Source: Saprospiraceae bacterium (GTDB taxonomy: Bacteria > Bacteroidota > Bacteroidia > Chitinophagales > Saprospiraceae). Taken from it: a DNA stretch of 64,000 bases. The position numbers were made by a program, and so were the translations under genes. Below, piece after piece: positions 8,572 to 17,373 of this stretch. How positions within the stretch are numbered: position 1 is the first letter of the stretch; every line of letters starts with the position of its first letter. The notes below the pieces were generated by a model. That model was not told the origin of the DNA. It saw nothing but the letters and a program-made list of their open reading frames with translations, and did not search any database. The stretch covers positions 46,450 to 110,449 of the forward strand of contig JAHDHQ010000003.1 of the NCBI GenBank assembly GCA_020631235.1. Direction: 5' to 3'.

Positions 8572-9326
8572 TAAGCTTTTGTGTTTTGATATGAATGAAT
8601 AGCTATGGACATGTCTGTGATAAGTGCTGGATCTTTTTCTATCGCATTGCCTACCACGATTAAATCTGCACCTGCTTCTACATTTTCTCTGGCTTTTTCG
8701 GGAGTTCGAATGCCACCACCTACAATTAGAGGAACATTGAGCGTACCGGAAACAGCTTCTATCATCTCTTTGGAAATCGGAGTTTTAGCGCCACTTCCTG
8801 CATCCATGTACATTAGTTTTAGACCTAGCATTTCTCCAGCCATGGCAGTACACATGGCTATATCCGCTTTATTGCTAGGAATAGGGTTTGTGTCGCTCAT
8901 GTAAGAGACGGTAGTTTGTGTCCCTCCATCCACCAACATATAACCAGTGGAAATTACTTCTAAGGGGGAAACTTTTAGATAAGGAGCTGTGATTACATGT
9001 TTACCGATTAATAGGTCTGGATTACGACCAGAGATGAGTGATAAAAACAAAATGGCGTCTGCACGATAACTTAGCTGAAAGGAGTTGCCTGGAAACAAAA
9101 CCAGGGGGATATCACATTGTTTTTTAACCTGGCTGAGCAACTCATCCAGCATGTTGTTTACAATTAAACTGCCTCCAATAAAAAAGTAATCTACATTAGC
9201 GTCTTTTGACAGTGTGACGATACGATCTATGTCCCTCAATTTTAATTTATCAGGGTCGATTAATACAGCAAACTTTTTTTGTTGGTTTGCTTTAGCATCA
9301 GTAATCTGTTTGTATAAAGACATCAT
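8571..9326 (-). CDS. geranylgeranylglyceryl/heptaprenylglyceryl phosphate synthase family protein (PcrB/GGGPS)
   Basis: TIM-barrel prenyltransferase motifs: LIDPDK, FFIGGS, MDAGSGA, and GGGIRTPE...VVGNAIE at the C-terminus. Confidence 0.85.
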   Translation of the reverse strand: MMSLYKQITDAKANQQKKFAVLIDPDKLKLRDIDRIVTLSKDANVDYFFIGGSLIVNNMLDELLSQVKKQCDIPLVLFPGNSFQLSYRADAILFLSLISGRNPDLLIGKHVITAPYLKVSPLEVISTGYMLVDGGTQTTVSYMSDTNPIPSNKADIAMCTAMAGEMLGLKLMYMDAGSGAKTPISKEMIEAVSGTLNVPLIVGGGIRTPEKARENVEAGADLIVVGNAIEKDPALITDMSIAIHSYQNTKA

Positions 9327-9339
9327 TTTCTCGCTTAAT

Positions 9340-9347
9340 CAAAGATA
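9340..9347 (-). promoter_or_regulatory. -7 promoter box TATCTTTG for the GGGPS-rsgA-ribA operon
   Basis: Exact TAnnTTTG on the minus strand, 14 nt upstream of the ATG at 9326. It forms the left arm of a 10-bp inverted repeat with 9363-9372. Confidence 0.35.
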
Positions 9348-9435
9348 CTATAAATTGATCTCTAGTATCTTTTTGTGTTATACTATAACGAATTTTATTC
9401 CTATTTTAAGTGATTGAAAACCAATCATTAAGAAA

Positions 9436-11106
9436 ATGCATCATCTTTATCTTTTACTTTTCGTTTGTATGACACATTTTTGCTCAGCCCAAGAATGGCA
9501 ATGGTTCTGGCAATTTGATGAGAGTAATGTGGAGTTTAGCGGTCATATAGCTCATGATAATGATGGTAATTGCATCTCCACAGGACGGTTTAATTCTGAA
9601 CCGCTGATTGCAGGCGATGATACTTTAAACATGTACACGAGTATGAACTATTACATCGTCAAGCATGATAGTTTAGGGAATATTGAGTGGGCTACTCAAG
9701 CAAAAACCAAAACAGAACCCTTTGGTTTGGTAGGGGACTTATATGATGTGGAGTGTGATAAAGAGGGGAATATTTACATTGCAGGCACATACATTGACAC
9801 GATTTCTTTTGGGGATACCCCACAAGGCTGTTTGTTGAGTTCGGCAGGCGCACCATCGAATGTCACTCATGCTTTTATTGTAAAACTAAACCCTGATGGA
9901 ACATGTGCTTGGCTAAAAAATGGAGATTCGAACGCTTATACCTGGGCTAATGATATTGATATAGATGATGAGGGCTTTGTCTATGTCGCTGGTTCGTTTA
10001 GAAACGAAATTGATTTTGGTGACATAAGTATGACCAGCTCTACGATAAATAACTTCACTTCCAGTTATATAATGAAATTGGATCAGGATGGAAATTCACT
10101 GTGGATTCAAGAAGTAGTAACACCTGGAAACAATGCCTTTATGTCAGGATTAGATGTCGATAAGGAAGGAAATATATATATAGCTGCAGGCGTACAAGAA
10201 TTTGTGGAACTCGATGGTATTACATTGACCAGTGATTTTCGGACAAATACATTGCTTGCAAAGTTAGGTACTAACGGCTCTTACCTGTGGCATCATTTTA
10301 TCAGTTGCACAGATGACAGCTCCAACGGATCCATTACGGTCACAGATATCGAATCAGTAGAAGATAAACTTGCTTTTGCCGGTCATTGGTCCAATGATGA
10401 TTTACTTATTGGTGGAGACTCGTATGATGCACCCATTGGGAAGAGAAATTTTGTGGGATTATTGGATGAAAATGGCGAAGGTTGGAGCTTAGAAGTAGGA
10501 GAAACATCAGGTTCTTGGGTTATGCATCCAGATATAGCCATAGATGCAAATGATGGAATACACTTCATTTCCAACTTCGATAATACAGCTGAAATCCAAG
10601 GAACCGAACTGATAGCCAATGGAGGCACAGATATTATTTTAGCCGATTTTGATTTAGAAGGAAATGTCACGTGGCTGCAAAATTATGGAGGCTTTGGGCT
10701 TGATTTCAGTTATGGTGTGAGTGTTGATCGTTTTGGTTCAGCTTTTATAACTGGAGATTTTCGAAACAATATAACTATAGAAGAGAATACATATACCAGC
10801 CAAGGTTCGGTAGATGCTTTTGTGGGAAGAATATTTTATGCAAACACCCTTTCTTCGAATACAAATCCAACAGCTAGGATAGCTTATACAATATGGCCCA
10901 ATCCGACAAGCGAAAATATGCACCTAAAGTGTAACGTCCCAATCCTTCAAACACAAATATTTAATTTGGCTGGAACTTTAATCCAATCGTATACAGGTTT
11001 ACCTTCAAAGATTGAGGTCTCTGATTGGACAGCAGGAAATTACTGGGCTGTATTAAAGGATATAGACAATAACTTATTCCACATCGAGTTTGTCGTCCAA
11101 CATTAA
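9436..11106 (+). CDS. secreted beta-propeller repeat protein with T9SS C-terminal sorting domain
   Basis: Signal peptide ending CSAQ. Repeated D.(E/D)GN.Y(I/V)AG motifs (SBBP-type propeller blades). The C-terminal ~80 aa (YTIWPNPTSENMHLKCN...) resemble a type-A T9SS CTD. Confidence 0.75.
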   Translation: MHHLYLLLFVCMTHFCSAQEWQWFWQFDESNVEFSGHIAHDNDGNCISTGRFNSEPLIAGDDTLNMYTSMNYYIVKHDSLGNIEWATQAKTKTEPFGLVGDLYDVECDKEGNIYIAGTYIDTISFGDTPQGCLLSSAGAPSNVTHAFIVKLNPDGTCAWLKNGDSNAYTWANDIDIDDEGFVYVAGSFRNEIDFGDISMTSSTINNFTSSYIMKLDQDGNSLWIQEVVTPGNNAFMSGLDVDKEGNIYIAAGVQEFVELDGITLTSDFRTNTLLAKLGTNGSYLWHHFISCTDDSSNGSITVTDIESVEDKLAFAGHWSNDDLLIGGDSYDAPIGKRNFVGLLDENGEGWSLEVGETSGSWVMHPDIAIDANDGIHFISNFDNTAEIQGTELIANGGTDIILADFDLEGNVTWLQNYGGFGLDFSYGVSVDRFGSAFITGDFRNNITIEENTYTSQGSVDAFVGRIFYANTLSSNTNPTARIAYTIWPNPTSENMHLKCNVPILQTQIFNLAGTLIQSYTGLPSKIEVSDWTAGNYWAVLKDIDNNLFHIEFVVQH

Positions 11107-11173
11107 ACGACTTTCCATTAAGCAAGTCAACGTTCAAGGTACAAAGATGTAAGTCATTAACCGTGTAAGTAGA

Positions 11174-12127
11174 TTATTGATTTTTCACTATTGATTGACG
11201 TTCTTTGTTCAATATGAGTTGAGTAACATCAGGTCGACTATAATGGCCTGCAGGATCCATGTTTTGTCGTTCCTCGTAGATTTTCATAATATCTAGTTCA
11301 GCACAGAATATGCCTTCTTTTTGCACAATGGGTTCTACTAACCAAGATCCATCTGGAGCAGCAATGCAAGAACCTCCAGTATCAGCAATATCTGGACAAT
11401 GTTCCAACATTAAATCATGGTGTGGAATGTTTTTGTGAATATTCTTTTTACTAAAAAGACCAGAAACAGAAATAACATAAGATCTCGATTCCAAAGCTAT
11501 AAAACGGGTAATATCTTGGGTGTTCCGCAAATTACCAGGCCAAACGGCTACATGCACGTTTTCACCTTGACCGTAAAGAGCCGCCCTACTTAAAGGCATC
11601 CAATTTTCCCAACAATTTAAACCTCCCAAAGTAAAAGCTTCCAATGCGTGTGTTTTTAAACCATGTCCGTCGCCTGGTGACCAAGCAAGTCTTTCTTCAT
11701 AGGTTGGACGCATTTTACGATGGACGGATTGTATAATTCCGCTTTTATCTATGTAAACTAAAGAGCAATATAAACTGTGTCCGCCGCGATCCAAGGGTCG
11801 TTCTATAATACCTAAATAGATGGCTATATTTAGTTTTTTTGCCAATGTTGTTATAGAATTTAAATCACCATTTTCGATACAAATGGATTGATCCACATAA
11901 TGGGCATGGATTTCCTTTTGGACTTTATTTTCGAAGGCAGAACTATGGGTGAAAGACAGCCAAAAAGGATAGCCTGGCAGCAAACCTTCTCCAAAAACCA
12001 CCAAATCACATGATTGATTTGCCGCTTCTTTTATTGATAGTTCGACTTTTTTAATATTGGCTTGTTTGTCCAGCCACTCAGGAGCCATTTGTGCCATTCC
12101 TACTTTTAAGGTCTTTTTCTTTTCCAT
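11174..12127 (-). CDS. nitrilase / carbon-nitrogen hydrolase family protein
   Basis: The Glu-Lys-Cys triad sits in the expected contexts (VFGEG, HRKMRPT, GGLNCWEN). The 317-aa length is typical of branch-1 nitrilases. Confidence 0.85.
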   Translation of the reverse strand: MEKKKTLKVGMAQMAPEWLDKQANIKKVELSIKEAANQSCDLVVFGEGLLPGYPFWLSFTHSSAFENKVQKEIHAHYVDQSICIENGDLNSITTLAKKLNIAIYLGIIERPLDRGGHSLYCSLVYIDKSGIIQSVHRKMRPTYEERLAWSPGDGHGLKTHALEAFTLGGLNCWENWMPLSRAALYGQGENVHVAVWPGNLRNTQDITRFIALESRSYVISVSGLFSKKNIHKNIPHHDLMLEHCPDIADTGGSCIAAPDGSWLVEPIVQKEGIFCAELDIMKIYEERQNMDPAGHYSRPDVTQLILNKERQSIVKNQ

Positions 12128-12246
12128 AAACCGAAAATAATTAAATCATGCTTAAGCACTTAATCTTAGTGTAAGCTTCATAACATCTAAGTCTATTTTA
12201 CGTTTTCATCCTAGCTTGAATGACCGAGCTGATTATATTTACATGT

Positions 12247-12861
12247 ATGAAAAAAATATTACCCTTTCTATTTCTATTTTGTTTTTTTCAATTAATTGGA
12301 CAGGAAGAAACTAAGCCTCGACTTGATGTGACGGCTGCACTTGGGCACTATTCATTGAGTTTATTAAGTCCTCAACTAGGGACTCTACATCCGGGAGTAA
12401 AATTAGGGGTAGATTATCGCTGGACTAAAGGAACAAAACATCAGTTTACACAATCAGCCAATCTAGCTTATTTTTATCATCGACATTTCCAAAAAGCTAC
12501 TCAACTATATTCTGAAATAGCCTATAAGTATGGTTTTAAAAACGGGCTTAGCCTAACTCTTGTATCTATAGGTGGAGGTTATGTTTTATCGAGCAGTGAC
12601 TTAGATAGTTTTGTTTGGAATGAAGCTACGCAAAGCTATGCATCTACAAATAAAACGAATAATAATTGGTTGATTACTTTGGGTTCGAGTGTAGCTTACT
12701 CATTAAACAAAATAATTCAGAAAGACATAAGTGTATTTCTAGATTACCGCATCCAAATCCAAGGTGTTGTAATACAAGAAACCGTACCTGTTATTGCCTA
12801 TGCTCCATTGCATGTTGGAGTTTCTTTCCCACTTTACAAAAGCATCAAGAATGAAGAATAG
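12247..12861 (+). CDS. hypothetical secreted protein, possible small outer-membrane beta-barrel
   Basis: MKKILPFLFLFCFFQLIGQ signal peptide followed by alternating hydrophobic beta-strand-like segments. The ORF-track start at 12220 is probably too far upstream. Confidence 0.5.
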   Translation: MKKILPFLFLFCFFQLIGQEETKPRLDVTAALGHYSLSLLSPQLGTLHPGVKLGVDYRWTKGTKHQFTQSANLAYFYHRHFQKATQLYSEIAYKYGFKNGLSLTLVSIGGGYVLSSSDLDSFVWNEATQSYASTNKTNNNWLITLGSSVAYSLNKIIQKDISVFLDYRIQIQGVVIQETVPVIAYAPLHVGVSFPLYKSIKNEE

Positions 12862-14050
12862 AGCCTTATCGATGAGTTGTCTGATCTTTTGCCTTTTCAT
12901 ATTCTTTTCTTGTGGTAAGGATAAAATAAAGGGGTCAGAAAGTTGTCAACATGAAACAACATTGAACATAAACAATAATCACCCGAAAGCCGCTGAATTA
13001 TCAGCTATAGTGGATAAATACATTGCCAAAGGCTTGCCTGGAATCAATGTTTTAATTAGTGATGATCAAGGCGCGTGGATGACAGCTCAAGGGTTAGCAG
13101 ATATCGACCAAGAGATACCGATGGAGCTTTGTCATATAAATAAGTTAGGTAGTGTCACTAAAATGATGATAGGAAGTCTAGTTTGGTTATTAATCGAAGA
13201 AGAGGTATTGGCCATAGATGATTTAATCAGTAAATATATTCCTGATGTGGCTGATAGAATTACCCATGGAAATGAAATAACCTTGGCTATGCTTATTAAT
13301 CATACCTCAGGGGTCGCAGATATCGCTACAGATCTTAATTACAATTTAGCCGTGGTGAATGATTTTAGTAAATCTTGGACGGCAGATGAGATTCTTGATT
13401 TTATAGCTGGTAAACCGGCTACTCACTTTCCTGGAGATAGTGTTCGTTATTCTAACTCAAATACTATGTTGACTAGCTTAGTCATTGAGGCTGCTACTGG
13501 GGAAAAACACGGAGATTTACTACAATCACATATTTTCGATCGATTGGGAATGAATAATACTTATTACTATGATTATGCTAACGATTTTCCGACCAATGTT
13601 TTAGCTCAAGGTTATTTAGATTTTTACAATGATGGGACAGGAATTCAGAATATATCCCAATTAAATCCAGGTAGCGGGAATGGATATACGGGCGTTTATT
13701 CTACGGTTGAAGATTTGTATTTGTTTATGAATGCCCTGCTTCGAGAAGAAAGCTTAGTCAATAGTAATTTTCTGCTGGATATTGGTAATAGTTTTCGAGT
13801 TTCAGAAAATGGAACTTGGGCTTCAAGCATTGGAGGTATTCATGACGAATATCTGTTATTGTTGCCAGATGGAGTACATGCTTATGGTCACGCAGGAGGT
13901 GACATAGGCTATTCTGCAAACCTGAGTTATTTACCGCACAACAACACCATTTTTGCGGGCACCTATAATTACGGAACAAATTTACCGAGTGAGTTAGGTG
14001 AGGTTTTGCATGATATGCGAGATGAGATTTATTTGTTGTTGGCTGAGTAA
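12851..14050 (+). CDS. serine hydrolase, class C beta-lactamase/D-alanyl-D-alanine carboxypeptidase family, lipoprotein
   Basis: Lipobox FFSCGKD, S-x-x-K motif (GSVTKM), YSN motif (RYSNSN), and HAGG near the C-terminus. The ORF-track extension 12794-12850 overlaps the previous gene. Confidence 0.85.
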   Translation: MKNRALSMSCLIFCLFIFFSCGKDKIKGSESCQHETTLNINNNHPKAAELSAIVDKYIAKGLPGINVLISDDQGAWMTAQGLADIDQEIPMELCHINKLGSVTKMMIGSLVWLLIEEEVLAIDDLISKYIPDVADRITHGNEITLAMLINHTSGVADIATDLNYNLAVVNDFSKSWTADEILDFIAGKPATHFPGDSVRYSNSNTMLTSLVIEAATGEKHGDLLQSHIFDRLGMNNTYYYDYANDFPTNVLAQGYLDFYNDGTGIQNISQLNPGSGNGYTGVYSTVEDLYLFMNALLREESLVNSNFLLDIGNSFRVSENGTWASSIGGIHDEYLLLLPDGVHAYGHAGGDIGYSANLSYLPHNNTIFAGTYNYGTNLPSELGEVLHDMRDEIYLLLAE

Positions 14051-14111
14051 AAGAAGTTTTTAAGGTCTTTTTGTCAATCTAGAGTTAATATATTCAGGAT
14101 GAATATTCAAA

Positions 14112-17100
14112 CTAAACTGCCTCAATCAAAATATCTAGCATTTGTATCGCTGCTTCGGCGATAACCGTACCCGGCCCAAAGACACCTAGCACACCTTTAT
14201 CAAAAAGATATTGATAATCCTTGGGTGGAATCACACCTCCTACAATGACAGCTATATCTTCTCTACCTAGATTTTTTAGCTCTTCTAGTGTTTCAGGAAC
14301 TAGCGTTTTATGACCGGCTGCTAGTGAGGAAATACCTAAGAAATGTACGTCATTTTCAGCTGCTTGCATCGCTGCTTCTTTTGGAGTTTGGAACAGTGGT
14401 CCTATGTCTACATCGAAGCCTAAATCTGCAAAACTAGTGGCTATCACCTTAGCACCTCTATCATGACCATCTTGACCAAGTTTTGCTATCATTATCCTAG
14501 GCCTTCTACCTGTTTTTTCTGCAAAATCATTCGATAATTTGATTGCTTTCTTAAAGGTTTCATCATTTGTCATTTCGCTAGAATATACTCCTTGTATAGT
14601 GTTTGTTTGCGCTTTGTATCGATCAAATACTTCTTCTAAAGCTAATGAAATTTCGCCTAAGGTAGCTCTTGCTCTTGCAGCAATAACGGCTGCTTCTAAG
14701 ATATTCATATCTGGATTAAGGGCAGCGATTTTAATTTTTTTCAATGCTTTTTCGACTTGAGATTGATCTCTCAATTTCTTTAAAGTGTTTATACGTTTAA
14801 TTTGGCTTTCGCGGACTTTGGAATTATTTACTTCAAGTGTTTCTAGACTATCATCCAGGTCTTTTTTAAATATGTTTACACCTACGATTTTATCTATTCC
14901 ACTATCTATTTTAGCTTGTTTTTTAGCAGCAGCCTCTTCGATTCTCATTTTAGGAATTCCTTTTTCTAAGGCTTGAGTCATGCCACCGTAAGATTCTATT
15001 TCTTCGATTAATTCCCATGCTTTTTTCGCGATTTGGTCTGTTAAATACTCTACGTAATAACTGCCACCCCAAGGATCAACCACTTCGGTTAAACCCGATG
15101 ATTCAGCGATAAATTTTTGTGTATCTCTCGCTATTTTAGCAGAAAAATCAGTAGGAAGTGCTATGGCTTCATCAAGGGCATTTGTGTGTAATGATTGTGT
15201 GCCACCTCCTACAGCAGCAAGTGCTTCAATACATGTCCTTCCGATGTTGTTAAATGGATCTTGAGCCGTTAAACTCCAACCTGAGGTTTGACAATGAGTA
15301 CGCAAAGACATGGATTTGGGATTACTCGGATTAAAACTTTTGACAATTTTAGCCCATAACATCCTAGCGGCTCTCATCTTGGCGATTTCTAAAAAATAGT
15401 GCATGCCTATGCCCCAAAAGAAAGATAATCTGGGTGCGAAATCATCAATTTTAAGACCAGCGTCGATACCTGCTTTTATGTATTCCATACCATCTGCCAG
15501 CGTATAAGCTAATTCTATGGCAGCTGTGGCACCAGCTTCTTGCATGTGATAACCGCTGATGCTGATCGAGTTAAAGCGAGGCATTTCAGCCGAAGTATAC
15601 TTAAAAATATCTCCAACTATCCGCATAGATGGTTTTGGAGGATATATATACGTATTACGCACCATAAATTCTTTCAGGATATCGTTTTGAATGGTTCCTG
15701 AGAGTTGGGCTTTAGCGACGCCTTGTTCTTCAGCGGCAACAATATAAAAGGCCATGATAGGGATAACGGCACCATTCATGGTCATAGAAACGGACATTTG
15801 ATCCAGTGGTATTTGGTCGAATAGAACTTTCATGTCTTCTACTGAATCAATGGCTACACCAGCCATACCGACATCACCTTTTACTCTAGGGTGGTCAGAA
15901 TCGTATCCTCTATGAGTAGCAAGGTCAAAGGCTACGGACAGTCCTTTTTGTCCTTGAGCTAAATTTCTCCGGTAAAAAGCATTGCTATCTTCTGCCGTAG
16001 AAAATCCAGCATATTGACGTATAGTCCATGGTCTTCCTGCATACATGGAAGAGTATGGCCCTCTTAGATAGGGAGGTAATCCGCTGACAAAATTTACATG
16101 TTTATATGGTTCAATGTCTTGTGCTGTGTAAAAGGATTGTACAGCTATATTTTCAGGTGTTGCTTTTAATGCCGTGGGTTGAATTCCATCCAAAATAACG
16201 GATGGATCAGGTCCTAGATCTTTATTAGTTTCAGAAAGAAGTTTCCATATACGCTTGGTTTGATCATTTACCTGGCTAGCTATATAATAGCTTCCAGCTG
16301 AAGGATCTAATACTTGATCTATATAGCTTTCCATACTCAACAAGTGTTGCATGTTGGCTATAATACGATGGTCTACATCGGGTTGTGACGTCGAGAAAAG
16401 CCAGGGATTTGCATGTATTGCATCCACATTAGCACAAGCAGCAGATAGCTGCATACTCATGGATGCTATGCTATAATAATCTTTATGTAGACTTTGATCG
16501 ATGAGCATATGTGCTTCGACGCTTGGATGTATATTAGGGATTTTGTAAACAGTATGGATTTGCTGCAGTAAATGGTGGAGTGTTTTTATTTGGATGATGG
16601 ATCCGAAGAAATGTGGGTTTACAGACACATCTAACACAACAGCATTAGCAAAAGCAATCCTTTCTTTGATGCTTAAACTTTGTAAGTGCTTAGTATATTC
16701 TTGTAAGAAAGTGATCGTTCTTTCTTCGTTAGTTAGGTTTATTTTGTGGTATAAAAAGGTTACCTGAGATAAGTCACTGCCATAACTTTTCCAAAGTTTG
16801 TGCCCTAATTGTTCGTGTTTGAAAGCTCCTTTAATTGCAGCAGCCTCAATATTTTGTCCGGTTAAATATTGCAAAAAGGCATCGAGTGTATCTTCTGCAT
16901 GATTCGAAGTAAAATGAATGTTCAGGTTTATAATGTCCAAGATTACTTGATCAAATAGATCATCTAAATCCGATAAACTTAATGCTTTGTCTATGATGAG
17001 TTCTATCAACTGTACACCACCGCCAAGGGCTTCTAAAATGGCTTTATTCGTTTTTTTAAGATCGGTTCCTACCTTAAAAGCTTGGGCTATTTTCCAATGA

Positions 17101-17294
17101 TTTGTTTTTTTGGATCTTGTAATGACTTGGTCTTCGACCCTTACATCTTCTTTATGATAAAAAGGAGACTGAGTTGTTCCAAAAAGCTTTGAGTTTAAGC
17201 TTGATAGCTCTTTACCTTTAAGATCTTTAATAACTTTTTCAAGCCATTGGTCTTTAGAACTTTGTGTGAAATCAACGAAGAGATTTTGAGGCAT
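14112..17294 (-). CDS. methylmalonyl-CoA mutase, single polypeptide with MutA-like N-terminal region + MutB catalytic barrel + C-terminal B12-binding domain
   Basis: Residues from about 400 onward read [61 protein letters not shown] (the MCM alpha signature). The C-terminal [14 protein letters not shown] is the DxHxxG cobalamin motif. The N-terminal ~380 aa resemble the non-catalytic beta subunit. Confidence 0.9.
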   Translation of the reverse strand: MPQNLFVDFTQSSKDQWLEKVIKDLKGKELSSLNSKLFGTTQSPFYHKEDVRVEDQVITRSKKTNHWKIAQAFKVGTDLKKTNKAILEALGGGVQLIELIIDKALSLSDLDDLFDQVILDIINLNIHFTSNHAEDTLDAFLQYLTGQNIEAAAIKGAFKHEQLGHKLWKSYGSDLSQVTFLYHKINLTNEERTITFLQEYTKHLQSLSIKERIAFANAVVLDVSVNPHFFGSIIQIKTLHHLLQQIHTVYKIPNIHPSVEAHMLIDQSLHKDYYSIASMSMQLSAACANVDAIHANPWLFSTSQPDVDHRIIANMQHLLSMESYIDQVLDPSAGSYYIASQVNDQTKRIWKLLSETNKDLGPDPSVILDGIQPTALKATPENIAVQSFYTAQDIEPYKHVNFVSGLPPYLRGPYSSMYAGRPWTIRQYAGFSTAEDSNAFYRRNLAQGQKGLSVAFDLATHRGYDSDHPRVKGDVGMAGVAIDSVEDMKVLFDQIPLDQMSVSMTMNGAVIPIMAFYIVAAEEQGVAKAQLSGTIQNDILKEFMVRNTYIYPPKPSMRIVGDIFKYTSAEMPRFNSISISGYHMQEAGATAAIELAYTLADGMEYIKAGIDAGLKIDDFAPRLSFFWGIGMHYFLEIAKMRAARMLWAKIVKSFNPSNPKSMSLRTHCQTSGWSLTAQDPFNNIGRTCIEALAAVGGGTQSLHTNALDEAIALPTDFSAKIARDTQKFIAESSGLTEVVDPWGGSYYVEYLTDQIAKKAWELIEEIESYGGMTQALEKGIPKMRIEEAAAKKQAKIDSGIDKIVGVNIFKKDLDDSLETLEVNNSKVRESQIKRINTLKKLRDQSQVEKALKKIKIAALNPDMNILEAAVIAARARATLGEISLALEEVFDRYKAQTNTIQGVYSSEMTNDETFKKAIKLSNDFAEKTGRRPRIMIAKLGQDGHDRGAKVIATSFADLGFDVDIGPLFQTPKEAAMQAAENDVHFLGISSLAAGHKTLVPETLEELKNLGREDIAVIVGGVIPPKDYQYLFDKGVLGVFGPGTVIAEAAIQMLDILIEAV

Positions 17295-17310
17295 ACGGAT
17301 GCTTTTGTAT

Positions 17311-17318
17311 TACCTTTG
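17311..17318 (+). promoter_or_regulatory. -7 promoter box TACCTTTG for icmF (TTG at 17287-17289 is a possible -33)
   Basis: Exact TAnnTTTG, 56 nt upstream of the ATG at 17374. A TTG lies 21 nt upstream of the box. Confidence 0.35.
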
Positions 17319-17358
17319 CAAGGTACATAAATTACTATTTCCTTTTTATTGACAGATC

Positions 17359-17366
17359 CAAAACTA
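17359..17366 (-). promoter_or_regulatory. -7 promoter box TAGTTTTG for the methylmalonyl-CoA mutase gene
   Basis: Exact TAnnTTTG on the minus strand, about 65 nt upstream of the ATG at 17294. Confidence 0.35.
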
Positions 17367-17373
17367 TCTACAA

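Noticed and set aside
12794-12850. N-terminal extension of the beta-lactamase-family ORF
   Set aside because: It overlaps the preceding gene. The Met at 12851 begins a normal lipoprotein signal peptide.
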